Positions 28,289 to 38,363 are shown, counted from the first letter of the stretch. The stretch: DNA of 64,000 bases from an uncultured Pseudomonadota bacterium (GCA_902802115.1 CADCKW010000001.1:152700-216699); one strand, 5' to 3'. Notes: a model not told the origin generated them from the sequence alone. Translations and numbers: made by a program.

Positions 28289-28984
28289 ATGCCAAACATG
28301 AGGCGTTCAATCTGGTTTTGGTTATCTTTCTGTGCCGCCATTGTTTTGGCGATATACTTTATATCGCGAACAATTATGATTGGTCTGGGACATGGAGATA
28401 TGGCACATGTGCATAAAATATCTTTTACCGCTGATGTTGAAAACAAAGACATGACCGCATTGGTCGGCGCGGTATCAATCCCAAAAAGCACACCTTTTTA
28501 TTCCATAGACCTAGATTCTTTGACCAATAATTTAAAGGCAATACCAAATGTTCGCGATGCCGCGGTTCGCAGATTACCCAACAGTACTATCCGCGCGCGT
28601 GTATCATATTATCATGTTGTGGCGGCATGGACTGATGGCGAATATTATTTCCCTGTGTCCGACGATGGAAAAATTGTTCAAAATCCAACTGCCGAACGTC
28701 CTGAATCCGCATTACTGTTTCGTGGTTATATTCCCGAAGGCATGGATTTAACAGAAATTACAAATGCCGCAAATGACATGGCGGCTGACATTGATTATAT
28801 CGAACGCATTGAAAATCGTCGTTGGAATATACAAACAAATACAGGCATCACAATTAAATTACCCGAAGACGACTTTGCACACGCAATTGCTAATTTAATA
28901 ACAATAAATAAAAATCATAATATATTAAATCGTGACATAAGTGTAATTGATATGCGCGATGAATCGAGAATATTGGTTAAATAA
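28289..28984 (+). CDS. ftsQ: Cell division protein FtsQ/DivIB
   Basis: N-terminal TM, POTRA (IPNVRDAAVRRLP), ENRRWNI, IKLPE, VIDMR. Directly upstream of ftsA. Confidence 0.88.
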   Translation: MPNMRRSIWFWLSFCAAIVLAIYFISRTIMIGLGHGDMAHVHKISFTADVENKDMTALVGAVSIPKSTPFYSIDLDSLTNNLKAIPNVRDAAVRRLPNSTIRARVSYYHVVAAWTDGEYYFPVSDDGKIVQNPTAERPESALLFRGYIPEGMDLTEITNAANDMAADIDYIERIENRRWNIQTNTGITIKLPEDDFAHAIANLITINKNHNILNRDISVIDMRDESRILVK

Positions 28985-28987
28985 AAA

Positions 28988-30766
28988 ATGAATTTATTTG
29001 ATTCTTGTTTTTTATGCCTTGATATCGGGACCAGTTGTGTTCGCGGCATTGCGCATCGTGTATGTTCTGGCAAGATTGCAAAATCTGCAACCGCCATGTG
29101 CGACAGTTTTAATCCAGAATTTGCCGTTCGTGTTGTTATTGATAAACTGGAACACGAACTGGGGACACATTTTGAAAACGCATATGTGACTGGAAATTTT
29201 GGAAAATCTATTTTTTTACGCCAACCCCAAACAACCGTATGGAACACCGAACACAAAATCACAGACGCCGATATTCGCAGCCAGATTTCAAAACTACGTA
29301 TGCCAGACGGATATACTGGAATTCATTTAATTCCTGTTCAATATGATATTCCAACGGCACGCAAAATCGCAACCCCTGTTGGCTGTATCGACAGGGCTTT
29401 GGTTTCAACATTTGGTATTATATGTTATGAAAACGACAGATTGGCTGAAATTGTATCAATTTTAAACAAGGCACATATTCAATATAACGGTCTGTTTGAC
29501 CCTGGATATGTCCAAAACATGACATTACGCAAATCTGGTCAAACAATATTATTTATTGATATGGGGGCCGAATTTACATCTTGTTCAATATGGAACGACA
29601 ACGGTGTATGTTGGCATGAAAAATTACCAGCCGGCATGTCAAATGTCACAATGAAATTAATGGACGGATTACACATAGATTTTGACGAAGCCGAAAGAAT
29701 AAAACGCATGGTTGCAACATTGATTCCGCGCGCCATGGACAGACTTGCACCTGCGGATACGGCATATGATTTTTCACGTGGCGACGTAAATGACATTGTT
29801 GTTCCAACTGTGGTTGATATAATTGGTAAATTAAAAGATTTATGTATCACACCAATAAATGAATTTATGCCAACAAAAATAATAATCAGTGGTGGTGGCA
29901 CCGCAATAACCGGGGTTGTTGATTTTATTGGCAACGCGTTTGGATTACCGATTGAAAATTACCACACCGACGCGACAATATCTGCACTGTCAAATTATAT
30001 TTGGAAATCCCAAGAACCTGAACGCAAATTATATCTGGAAAAACAAGAACGCCGCACAGCAATTATAAATAAAATTAAAAACATTTTTATCAAGAAACAC
30101 AAAACACAAAAACCAAAATTTATTCCAATTGCCCCATCAACATTGTGTTTTAATATGTTCCGCGCATCAACATATAAACTTTTTGAATCCGCGGACATAT
30201 CGACAATTCATGTTGATATAATGGACGGATTATACGTTGATAAAATTGCTGGTGGAATCCCAGAATTAAAAACAATTCGCGCAAACACACATGCACATTT
30301 ACATGTTCATTTAATGGTTCAAAATCCATCTATTTGGGCGGCGAACGCAATTCGCGCCGGCGCAGATACAATAATTTTGGAATGTAATACACCGGGTGTA
30401 TTATCGGCATTACGCGAAATACGCGCAACCGGTCGTCGCGCCGCAATTGCAATCAACCCAGACACACCAATTGGTGAAATGGCAAAATATTTACGCGATG
30501 TTGATGAATTTCTAATTATGGCTGTTGCACCTGGTGCCGCGGGACAAAAATTTGATACAAATGTTTTACAGAAAATTTCTGCATTATCAACAACACGCAA
30601 AAAACATGGATTAAAATATATAATATCTGTTGATGGTGGAATAAACGACATAACCGCACAAAAATGTTGGGCCGCCGGTGCAGATTTCTTGGTCAGTGGT
30701 TCTTATCTGGCATCCGCACCTGATTTCACAATGGCGGTCCAAAGTTTATTAAAAAAACAAAACTAA
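28988..30766 (+). CDS. ftsA-rpe: FtsA fused in frame to ribulose-phosphate 3-epimerase
   Basis: FtsA part: LDIGTS.V, FIDMGA, DFDEAERIKR, ISGGGT. Rpe part from about base 30120: IAPS, IHVDIMDG, HVHLMV, GQKF, VDGGIN, GAD.LVSGS. One uninterrupted 592-aa ORF. Confidence 0.9.
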   Translation: MNLFDSCFLCLDIGTSCVRGIAHRVCSGKIAKSATAMCDSFNPEFAVRVVIDKLEHELGTHFENAYVTGNFGKSIFLRQPQTTVWNTEHKITDADIRSQISKLRMPDGYTGIHLIPVQYDIPTARKIATPVGCIDRALVSTFGIICYENDRLAEIVSILNKAHIQYNGLFDPGYVQNMTLRKSGQTILFIDMGAEFTSCSIWNDNGVCWHEKLPAGMSNVTMKLMDGLHIDFDEAERIKRMVATLIPRAMDRLAPADTAYDFSRGDVNDIVVPTVVDIIGKLKDLCITPINEFMPTKIIISGGGTAITGVVDFIGNAFGLPIENYHTDATISALSNYIWKSQEPERKLYLEKQERRTAIINKIKNIFIKKHKTQKPKFIPIAPSTLCFNMFRASTYKLFESADISTIHVDIMDGLYVDKIAGGIPELKTIRANTHAHLHVHLMVQNPSIWAANAIRAGADTIILECNTPGVLSALREIRATGRRAAIAINPDTPIGEMAKYLRDVDEFLIMAVAPGAAGQKFDTNVLQKISALSTTRKKHGLKYIISVDGGINDITAQKCWAAGADFLVSGSYLASAPDFTMAVQSLLKKQN

Positions 30767-31180
30767 TTATTTGATTTCAATTTTTCGTCCGCCATTACAG
30801 CAATCTGCACCACACGATGAAATATAAATATGAATAGTATCTTTGGGCAACAATCCCATTGCAACATCTGGCCACTCTATCAAAGTAATATCATGTTGCA
30901 CCGCATACGGCAAACCAACCTCGACCAATTCGCTTGCATCTGTAATTCTGTATAAATCGAAATGAGAAATTCCATCATAACTTTGCACAATGGTAAAAGT
31001 CGGGCTTGGCACCACAGTATTTTCACCGCGCAATGTTTTAATAATTGTTCGTGCAATTTCACTTTTTCCCATACCCAAATCACCATGCAACGCAACAGTC
31101 ACCGGTGCGTGCAAACTTTTTGCAAATTCGCGCGCCCATTTATGTGTGGCATCTAAATCAGGTAAGATAACTTCTTGCAT
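30767..31180 (-). CDS. tsaE: t6A biosynthesis ATPase TsaE
   Basis: LHGDLGMGKS, VPSPTFTIVQSY, HFDLYR, LIEWP. Confidence 0.95.
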   Translation of the reverse strand: MQEVILPDLDATHKWAREFAKSLHAPVTVALHGDLGMGKSEIARTIIKTLRGENTVVPSPTFTIVQSYDGISHFDLYRITDASELVEVGLPYAVQHDITLIEWPDVAMGLLPKDTIHIYISSCGADCCNGGRKIEIK

Positions 31181-31194
31181 ATAAAAACCTTTTT

Positions 31195-33192
31195 TTATTC
31201 TAACAATAACAAATCGTCTTGCATTTTATTTATTGTATCACGAATTTCCGCAGCCTCTTCAAACTCTAAATTTTCAGCCGCTTTTTTCATGCGTTTGGTC
31301 AAAGCCGCAATTTCTTTTTTCAAACTTGCCGCGTCCCAAACACCATTATTATTATAAACAAACTTGCGTTTTTTATCAACTTTTTCATTTGATTCTTTGA
31401 CTTCTTCAAACACAGCCTTGGTGACAGTTTTTGGAACAATTCCATGTTCAGCATTGTATTTCATTTGAATTTCACGACGACGCGCGGTCTCTGTCAGTGC
31501 CTCACTCATAGATTCTGTCATATTATCTGCATACAAAATAACCCGCCCGTTTGCATTACGTGCCGCACGACCAATTGTTTGAATCAAAGAACGTGTTGAA
31601 CGCAAAAATCCTTCTTTATCTGCGTCCATAATTGCAACCAATTCGCACTCTGGCACGTCCAAACCTTCACGCAACAAATTGATACCAACCAACACATCGT
31701 ATTTTCCCAACCGCAAATCACGCAACAAATCGATACGTTCCAATGTATCAATATCACTGTGCATATATCGTGCGCGCACACCATTTTCATTTAAATAATC
31801 CGTCAGTTGCTCTGCCATTTTTTTTGTTAATGTCGTCACCAGCGCACGCCCAGATATATTTTTCAACACACCCAACAAATCATCAACCTGGTGTTCAATT
31901 GGTCGAACTTCGCAAACTGGGTCCAACAGTCCTGTGGGTCTAATAACTTGTTCGGCAACAACACCACCCGATTGTTCCAACTCCCATTGCGCAGGTGTCG
32001 CCGATACAAATATTGTTTGTGGTCGCAAAGCGTCCCACTCATCAAAAGTCAAAGGTCTGTTATCCACACACGATGGCAAACGAAATCCATAATGCGACAG
32101 ATTTTCTTTACGCGCCCTGTCCCCACGCGACATTGCACCAATTTGTGGAACCGTCACATGGCTTTCATCAATAAACAATACAGCATCTTTGGGCAAATAT
32201 TCGAACAATGTTGGTGGCGGTTGTCCTGGCAACCGTCCAGTTAAATACCGCGAATAGTTTTCAATACCACGACATGTTCCGGTTGATTCCATCATTTCAA
32301 TATCGAAATTCACGCGTTCGCGTAAGCGTTGTTCTTCAATATATTTCATATTGTCATGAAAATATTTCAACCTTTCATCTAAATCTTGACGAATTTGACT
32401 AATTGCCTGTAATACAGACGGCATAGGTGTTGCATAATGAGTATTTGGATAAACAACCGCCCTATCCATTCTATGCAACTTGGCACCAGTCAAAGTATCG
32501 AATTCCCAAATTTCTTCTATTTCGTCACCCCAAAAAGAAATTTTCCATGCCAAATCTGCCAAATGCGATGGAAATAAATCCAATGTATCACCACGCACCC
32601 TGAATTCACCGCGTGTTGGTGCGACATCGTTTCGTTTATATTGAATATCAACCAAAGCCCGCACAACATCAGCCACACTAACTTTATCACCAACATTTAA
32701 CGGCAATCGCATAGACGAATATTGCTCTGGCGAACCCATACCATAAATTGCAGACACCGACGATACGACAATAACATCACGTTCTTCCAACATGGCACGT
32801 GTTGCACTGTGACGCATACGATCCAGTTGTTCGTTTATTGCAGCATCTTTATCAATATATGTGTCTGTTGTTGGAATATATGCCTCTGGCTGATAATAAT
32901 CGTAATAAGACACAAAGTATTCAACATGATTTTTTGGAAAAAACGCCTTCATTTCTGTATATAACTGTGCAGCCAAAATTTTATTAGGCGCCATTAACAA
33001 AGCCGGTCGTGATAATTCCGCAATAACATTTGCCATGGTAAAAGTTTTACCAGACCCCGTCACCCCCAATAAAACCTGGGATTTTTTACCATGTTCAACC
33101 CCATCAACCAATTCACGTATTGCGGTTGGCTGGTCACCCATTGGGGCATAATTACTTTCAAGATTAAAAATACTTTTTTTATTCACAAACAC
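31195..33192 (-). CDS. uvrB: Excinuclease ABC subunit B
   Basis: GDQPTAI, LGVTGSGKTFT, YFVSYYDYYQPEAY, DESH, GINLLREGLD, QTIGRAARN, C-terminal UVR domain. Confidence 0.98.
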   Translation of the reverse strand: MFVNKKSIFNLESNYAPMGDQPTAIRELVDGVEHGKKSQVLLGVTGSGKTFTMANVIAELSRPALLMAPNKILAAQLYTEMKAFFPKNHVEYFVSYYDYYQPEAYIPTTDTYIDKDAAINEQLDRMRHSATRAMLEERDVIVVSSVSAIYGMGSPEQYSSMRLPLNVGDKVSVADVVRALVDIQYKRNDVAPTRGEFRVRGDTLDLFPSHLADLAWKISFWGDEIEEIWEFDTLTGAKLHRMDRAVVYPNTHYATPMPSVLQAISQIRQDLDERLKYFHDNMKYIEEQRLRERVNFDIEMMESTGTCRGIENYSRYLTGRLPGQPPPTLFEYLPKDAVLFIDESHVTVPQIGAMSRGDRARKENLSHYGFRLPSCVDNRPLTFDEWDALRPQTIFVSATPAQWELEQSGGVVAEQVIRPTGLLDPVCEVRPIEHQVDDLLGVLKNISGRALVTTLTKKMAEQLTDYLNENGVRARYMHSDIDTLERIDLLRDLRLGKYDVLVGINLLREGLDVPECELVAIMDADKEGFLRSTRSLIQTIGRAARNANGRVILYADNMTESMSEALTETARRREIQMKYNAEHGIVPKTVTKAVFEEVKESNEKVDKKRKFVYNNNGVWDAASLKKEIAALTKRMKKAAENLEFEEAAEIRDTINKMQDDLLLLE

Positions 33193-33233
33193 TAATATAA
33201 TACACTATAATCAAAATACAAGGGATTAAAGAG

Positions 33234-35711
33234 ATGAATATTAAACCAAGACACAAACGTCGTTTTTTTTGGACAATCGTTGTTTTAATTGGGCTGTTTT
33301 TCATTGGCCTGATATGTATTCCACCATTTATAAACCTGAATAAAATGCGCGATTCTTTGGAATCCAAATTGTTCGAACAAACCGGTATTCAAACCAAAAT
33401 AAACGGAAATATAAATTTCAGTCTGCTGGGGACCGCAACGATTGTCGCACACGATATAACTGTTCCAAACGGCACAATTTCCAGTATATCTTTTTCTGTT
33501 CCGTTATCTCAAATGTTTAACTTGCAAAACGCAACATTAAACCAAAACATATCTATCGCAGGTGCAAAATTAAAAATCACAGACCTTTTTCCACAAACTG
33601 TAAATAATCAAATTACTATAACAAATACATCTGTTGAATTTATGAATCACGAATATAAAATTATTCGTGGTACAATACATGGCAACACATTAAATGCCTA
33701 TGTCCGCACTAATCAACACAAATACGACATTGAATATAACGATGGCGAATTCACAATATTAAACAGTGAAAACAATTTAAATATTCGTGGCACTTTGTTC
33801 CCAGACGGTGGTGCCGCCGGCGAAATGACAATCACCACAGATAAAATCAATCAATGGTTTGAATTCGAAAATCCAAAAATAACAACAACCGTCCATCTGT
33901 CTATGGATTTTAATTGGGACGGCGCATACGGATTTGATTTTACAAACATACGCATAAATAACACATACACCGGTTCAATAAAGTTAATGGAATCTGGCAT
34001 AAACATCATAGATTTAAAATCTAACAATGCAGACATTGATTTATCTTTTATCATGAACGATAAAAATTTATTAAACAAAACAAATTTGAATCTGGATTTT
34101 GATGGCGATATAAAATTTGAAAATAAAAATTATAAAAAATTTATGATTATGGCAATGGGTCGAAACAATAAATTTGCATTGAACCATGCGATACTAGACA
34201 ACATTGAATTATTCGGTGGAACATATGACAAAACCGGATTACAAAACACTAAATTAAAAATAAATGATTTACCAGAATCTTTTACATGTAATTTTTCTGG
34301 AACAAAAACAAAATGGGAATGTAAAAATTATAAATTTGGTAATATTATTGGCGATATAACAAACGATAACGGAATATTTAATATTACCGCAAAATCGCCA
34401 GATAAAATGCCACAATTAAAAACAATACGCAAATTGATTTCGCGCATTGGTGACAACGGCACAATTAAATTTACATTTTCAAATATGGCGGGCAACATGG
34501 TAATTACACCAAAACAAATGTTGCCAAAATATCGTTATGCAAAAAATGTCACATTAAACGATATAGATATGAACCTGGGATTTTTACCAGATTTCATGCA
34601 CAGTATTCCTGGGATTTACACAAATGATAATGATAAAAAAACATTTATTCCAGACAACAAACAATGGATGTTGGAAATATCAGGAAACAATTTTACATTA
34701 TCTGGCATGAACTTTAAACAACTATTACCAAACATAGATTTGCGTTTTATGAACGATATGCCATACGCGGCATCTGGCACATTTGACGGCACCAACATAG
34801 GTGATTTAAACATAATGTTGGCGGGTCACCTGTTTCGCGGTGTGGCATCAAAATCAGGAATTACATTGGAAACAAATGAACTAGATTTAAATAAATTTAT
34901 CAACTCATCTTTTGTGAATAATTTTGATGAACAAAAATTTTTAACAAATCACCCAATTGCAACATTGTTTGATTTGCCAATAAATTTATCTGTATCCGCA
35001 GAATCTGTTTTTTACAACGATAACGAATATAAAAACTTTGTATATTCATTAAAACAAAACACACAAATATTTTCTATATCCGATAACGACCGCGGACATT
35101 TATTGGCAATAATAGAACGCGATAAATTTAATTACGATATATCGATTCAATTAAATAAATTTAAAACAACCAAACCACTATTAAATTTTGAATCACCATT
35201 AAACATAGAAAACGGTGAAATTACCGCAGAAATAAAATTACAAACAATGGGACAAACCGCAAACGATTTGATTTATAACCTGAACGGCGATATAGACATG
35301 ACCCTAAATGGTGGCACATTATCAGGCTTGGGATTTGACAAGTTTTATGCATCTGCCGATTCTTTGAGTGTATTAAATGCCGAATACGCATTATCATACG
35401 CACTGGAAACCGGCACAACACGAATAAAAAAATTAAAACTGGTCGGCAAATACAACAACGGTAATTTTGAAACGACGCGTCCAATGACAATATCAATGCG
35501 TCATGTCGAAGGTGTTGGTGCAATATTTATAAACAACAAAATAACAACCGGAACATTTGATTTTGTCCTGCGTGGCACCGCACCAAAACCCGCAACAATA
35601 TCATTGGACATAAACGAAACCGGAAAACGCACATATTCAATCACAGAATTGATAAACAACATGGATATAGGATTTATGCGTGCATTTATACGAACCCACG
35701 ATAAATTTTAA
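33234..35711 (+). CDS. AsmA-like bridge lipid-transfer protein
   Basis: N-terminal TM, 'EQTG...KINGNINFSLL', long beta-rich body, C-terminal LNG.I..TLNGGTL.G. Confidence 0.75.
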   Translation: MNIKPRHKRRFFWTIVVLIGLFFIGLICIPPFINLNKMRDSLESKLFEQTGIQTKINGNINFSLLGTATIVAHDITVPNGTISSISFSVPLSQMFNLQNATLNQNISIAGAKLKITDLFPQTVNNQITITNTSVEFMNHEYKIIRGTIHGNTLNAYVRTNQHKYDIEYNDGEFTILNSENNLNIRGTLFPDGGAAGEMTITTDKINQWFEFENPKITTTVHLSMDFNWDGAYGFDFTNIRINNTYTGSIKLMESGINIIDLKSNNADIDLSFIMNDKNLLNKTNLNLDFDGDIKFENKNYKKFMIMAMGRNNKFALNHAILDNIELFGGTYDKTGLQNTKLKINDLPESFTCNFSGTKTKWECKNYKFGNIIGDITNDNGIFNITAKSPDKMPQLKTIRKLISRIGDNGTIKFTFSNMAGNMVITPKQMLPKYRYAKNVTLNDIDMNLGFLPDFMHSIPGIYTNDNDKKTFIPDNKQWMLEISGNNFTLSGMNFKQLLPNIDLRFMNDMPYAASGTFDGTNIGDLNIMLAGHLFRGVASKSGITLETNELDLNKFINSSFVNNFDEQKFLTNHPIATLFDLPINLSVSAESVFYNDNEYKNFVYSLKQNTQIFSISDNDRGHLLAIIERDKFNYDISIQLNKFKTTKPLLNFESPLNIENGEITAEIKLQTMGQTANDLIYNLNGDIDMTLNGGTLSGLGFDKFYASADSLSVLNAEYALSYALETGTTRIKKLKLVGKYNNGNFETTRPMTISMRHVEGVGAIFINNKITTGTFDFVLRGTAPKPATISLDINETGKRTYSITELINNMDIGFMRAFIRTHDKF

Positions 35712-35717
35712 TAAAAA

Positions 35718-35740
35718 AACACCCGGGAAAACCCGGGGTT
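35718..35740. terminator. Terminator hairpin between the convergent asmA-like gene and aspS
   Basis: aacacccggg-aaaa-cccggggtt, flanked by A and T runs. Confidence 0.65.
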
Positions 35741-35757
35741 TTATTATTTTACGCGAT

Positions 35758-37530
35758 TTACATTTTCTTGCGGATTTGAATATGCACATCACGCAGTTGT
35801 TGTTCGGTGACCTCGTTTGGTGACCCCATCAATAAATCTTGTCCGCGTTGATTTGCAGGGAACGCAACGATTTCGCGCAAACTGTCGCCGATACCCAAAA
35901 TCTCGGAAACAACGCGTTCAATACCAAACGCACAACCACCATGTGGTGGCGCACCATATTGGAACGAAGTATATAATCCAGAAAAGTTTTTCTCGACAGC
36001 CTCGATTGGATAGCCGGCAATTTCGAAACACTTTTTCATAATTTCCGGATTATAGTTGCGCAACCCACCACTGCAAATTTCAATACCGTTTAACACCATA
36101 TCGAATTGTGCAGCCTTGATAGAAAATGGGTCGCGTGTTGATAAATCTTCGATTGAATCAACAATAGGATACGAAAACGGATTATGCGTAAATGCCGGCG
36201 CACCACCGCGTTCAGGGTCCGGTTCAAAGAACGGGAAATTATCGACCCAGCAAAACGCGAAATCGCGTTCGCGCACCAAACCCAAATCTGCGCCTAATTT
36301 ATTACGCAATTTACCCGCTGCCTTTGCCGCATTATCGACCATATCACAAATAAAGAACAAAGATGAGTTATCACCTGCAATCTCTTTTAATTTTGCAATA
36401 CGCGCCGCATCTAATTTTTTCGCGACTGGTCCTTTTGGTTCATCGGCAAACACGATATAACCCAATCCGCCCAAGCCTAATTCTTTGACGGCATATTCGC
36501 CCAGTTTATCAAACCAAGAACGCGGACGGTCTGCACTATTTGGTGCCGGCACAGCACGCACAACCGCGCCATTTTCAATCGCATTTGCAAAGATTCCAAA
36601 ATCAGACCCGCGGAAAATTTCCGTCACATCACTGATTAAAATAGGATTACGCAAATCAGGTTTATCGCAACCATATTTCAACATTGCGTCATCATAAGAA
36701 ATATGTGGAATTGTTGGATAAACATTTGCGTCCGGCGCAAAAGTTTTTACCATTTCTGGCATAATAATCTCGCCGATGGCTTGAATATCGCCAACATCAA
36801 CAAAAGACATTTCCATATCTAATTGATAAAATTCCAACAATCTGTCTGCGCGCAAATCTTCGTCCCTGAAACAAGGCGCAATTTGGAAATAACGGTCAAA
36901 CCCAGATACCTGCAACAACTGTTTAAACATTTGTGGTGCCTGGGGCAACGCGTAAAATTTACCATGATGTAATCTGGACGGCACCAAGAAACTGCGTGCG
37001 CCTTCGGGCGAATCCGCGGTCAATAAAGGTGTTTGAAATTCGGAAAAACCCAAATCCCACATTTTATCCCTTAACCATTTCATCATTTTATTGCGCATTA
37101 AAATATTGTAATGCAATTTTTCGCGACGCAAATCCAAGAAACGATATTTATAACGCAATTCTTCACTTGTGTCTTCATCGCCAAAAACTTGGAAAGGTAA
37201 TACTTCGGCATTTGTTAAAACATTAACTTTATCAGCCTTGATTTCAATATGTCCTGTGGGAATTTTTTCATTTATTGCGTCCATATCACGCGCAACAACG
37301 GTCCCTGTAATTTGGACAACAGATTCAGGGCGAATTTTTTCTAATCTTTCGTCCCCACCATCAAACACACATTGTGTAATACCGTAATTATCGCGCAAAT
37401 CCACAAACAACAACGATCCGTGATCGCGTTTGCGATGCACCCACCCAGCCAAAGTGACTGTTTCACCCACATTGGCAATATTTAATTCGCCACAAGTATG
37501 TGTTCTGTATTTAGATTTCAAAGATAACAT
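35758..37530 (-). CDS. aspS: Aspartate-tRNA ligase
   Basis: YRTHTCGEL, RDHGSLLFVDLRD, YRFLDLRR, TPLLTADSPEGAR, ALPQAPQ, QIAPCFRDED, GAPPHGG, AFP.NQRG.DLLM. Confidence 0.98.
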   Translation of the reverse strand: MLSLKSKYRTHTCGELNIANVGETVTLAGWVHRKRDHGSLLFVDLRDNYGITQCVFDGGDERLEKIRPESVVQITGTVVARDMDAINEKIPTGHIEIKADKVNVLTNAEVLPFQVFGDEDTSEELRYKYRFLDLRREKLHYNILMRNKMMKWLRDKMWDLGFSEFQTPLLTADSPEGARSFLVPSRLHHGKFYALPQAPQMFKQLLQVSGFDRYFQIAPCFRDEDLRADRLLEFYQLDMEMSFVDVGDIQAIGEIIMPEMVKTFAPDANVYPTIPHISYDDAMLKYGCDKPDLRNPILISDVTEIFRGSDFGIFANAIENGAVVRAVPAPNSADRPRSWFDKLGEYAVKELGLGGLGYIVFADEPKGPVAKKLDAARIAKLKEIAGDNSSLFFICDMVDNAAKAAGKLRNKLGADLGLVRERDFAFCWVDNFPFFEPDPERGGAPAFTHNPFSYPIVDSIEDLSTRDPFSIKAAQFDMVLNGIEICSGGLRNYNPEIMKKCFEIAGYPIEAVEKNFSGLYTSFQYGAPPHGGCAFGIERVVSEILGIGDSLREIVAFPANQRGQDLLMGSPNEVTEQQLRDVHIQIRKKM

Positions 37531-37600
37531 TTTGGTCCCTTTTAATTATGCGGGCGCCAACAAAAACATGGATTTTTTGGCACCCGGTTTTTTTCAGTTA

Positions 37601-37706
37601 AATTTCGGGGCGCGATTTTAACGCGCGGTGCCACCCGAATTTATCACTTTACCTTGGGCTTTGGAACCTCTGTGGTTGTCAGTCACTTCACCGGCGCCGC
37701 ACCCAT
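37601..37706 (-). promoter_or_regulatory. Compact T-box riboswitch (Asp specifier) in the aspS leader
   Basis: Antiterminator AUUCGGG-UGGCACC-GCGCG-uuaaaau-CGCGC-CCCGAAAU. Stem I GCC[GGU GA A]GUG-ACUGACAAC-CAC[A GA]GGU. Confidence 0.85.
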
Positions 37707-37719
37707 AAAACATACAAAT

Positions 37720-37748
37720 ATGATATAATCAAAAAATACAGTTTGCAA
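37720..37748 (-). promoter_or_regulatory. Sigma70-like promoter for the T-box/aspS leader
   Basis: TTGCAA (37743-37748) - 17 bp - TATCAT (37720-37725) on the minus strand. Confidence 0.6.
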
Positions 37749-37766
37749 GATTTTTTAACCAAAAAC

Positions 37767-37795
37767 TTGATTTTTGACAATTCATAACATAAAAT
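37767..37795 (+). promoter_or_regulatory. Sigma70-like promoter for the structured RNA
   Basis: TTGATT - 17 bp - TAAAAT. The same TTGATT -35 precedes tRNA-Thr and rpmJ. Confidence 0.55.
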
Positions 37796-37801
37796 ACAAA
37801 T

Positions 37802-37968
37802 GTGTTCCAAGGTGTTCTTGGAATCGGGCCTCATAACCCAGCAGTAAGCGCCAGAGTGGCGTAAAAACTCCAACATTGGTTGGAGTGTGTGAATATATCG
37901 AATAAGCACACAAATCTTACTGATTGTTATGAGACTCCAACCACCTTTTATTTTTTGGTGGTTTTTTT
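37802..37968 (+). ncRNA. Unassigned structured RNA (four-way junction plus intrinsic terminator)
   Basis: Closing helices ctcataac/gttatgag and cagtaag/cttactg enclose three hairpins. Terminator aaccacc/ggtggtt followed by a T-run. Confidence 0.7.
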
Positions 37969-37983
37969 GTTTTTATAAAAATA

Positions 37984-38355
37984 ATGGAGATTTCAATGCG
38001 TCGCCCAATAAAAAAAGTTTGTTATCACGATTCTGTATCGGCCCCCGAAAATAAAAAACCACTAAAAATAATGCATAAAAAATTAGACGAATTTCGATGC
38101 AAACTTCCACCCTCTGTCGCGCACGATTTTGATAAAATATATGATGATATTATCACAGAATATTTAAAATCATATCCATTTCAACTCCGCAATATGAACG
38201 ATGATTTTGCATTGCAACTGAATACAATTATTTCAATCGTATCTACAAACAAAATCAACGCGAACATATCGCAAAAAACAAAAAACAATTTGGAACTTAT
38301 AAATCAAGAATCCATTAAACCAATCCGTAATTTAATATTAAATCAACACAAATAA
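37984..38355 (+). CDS. Hypothetical protein
   Basis: 123-aa ORF. 'ggaga' RBS before the second ATG (37996). Confidence 0.65.
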   Translation: MEISMRRPIKKVCYHDSVSAPENKKPLKIMHKKLDEFRCKLPPSVAHDFDKIYDDIITEYLKSYPFQLRNMNDDFALQLNTIISIVSTNKINANISQKTKNNLELINQESIKPIRNLILNQHK

Positions 38356-38363
38356 TTTTATCA

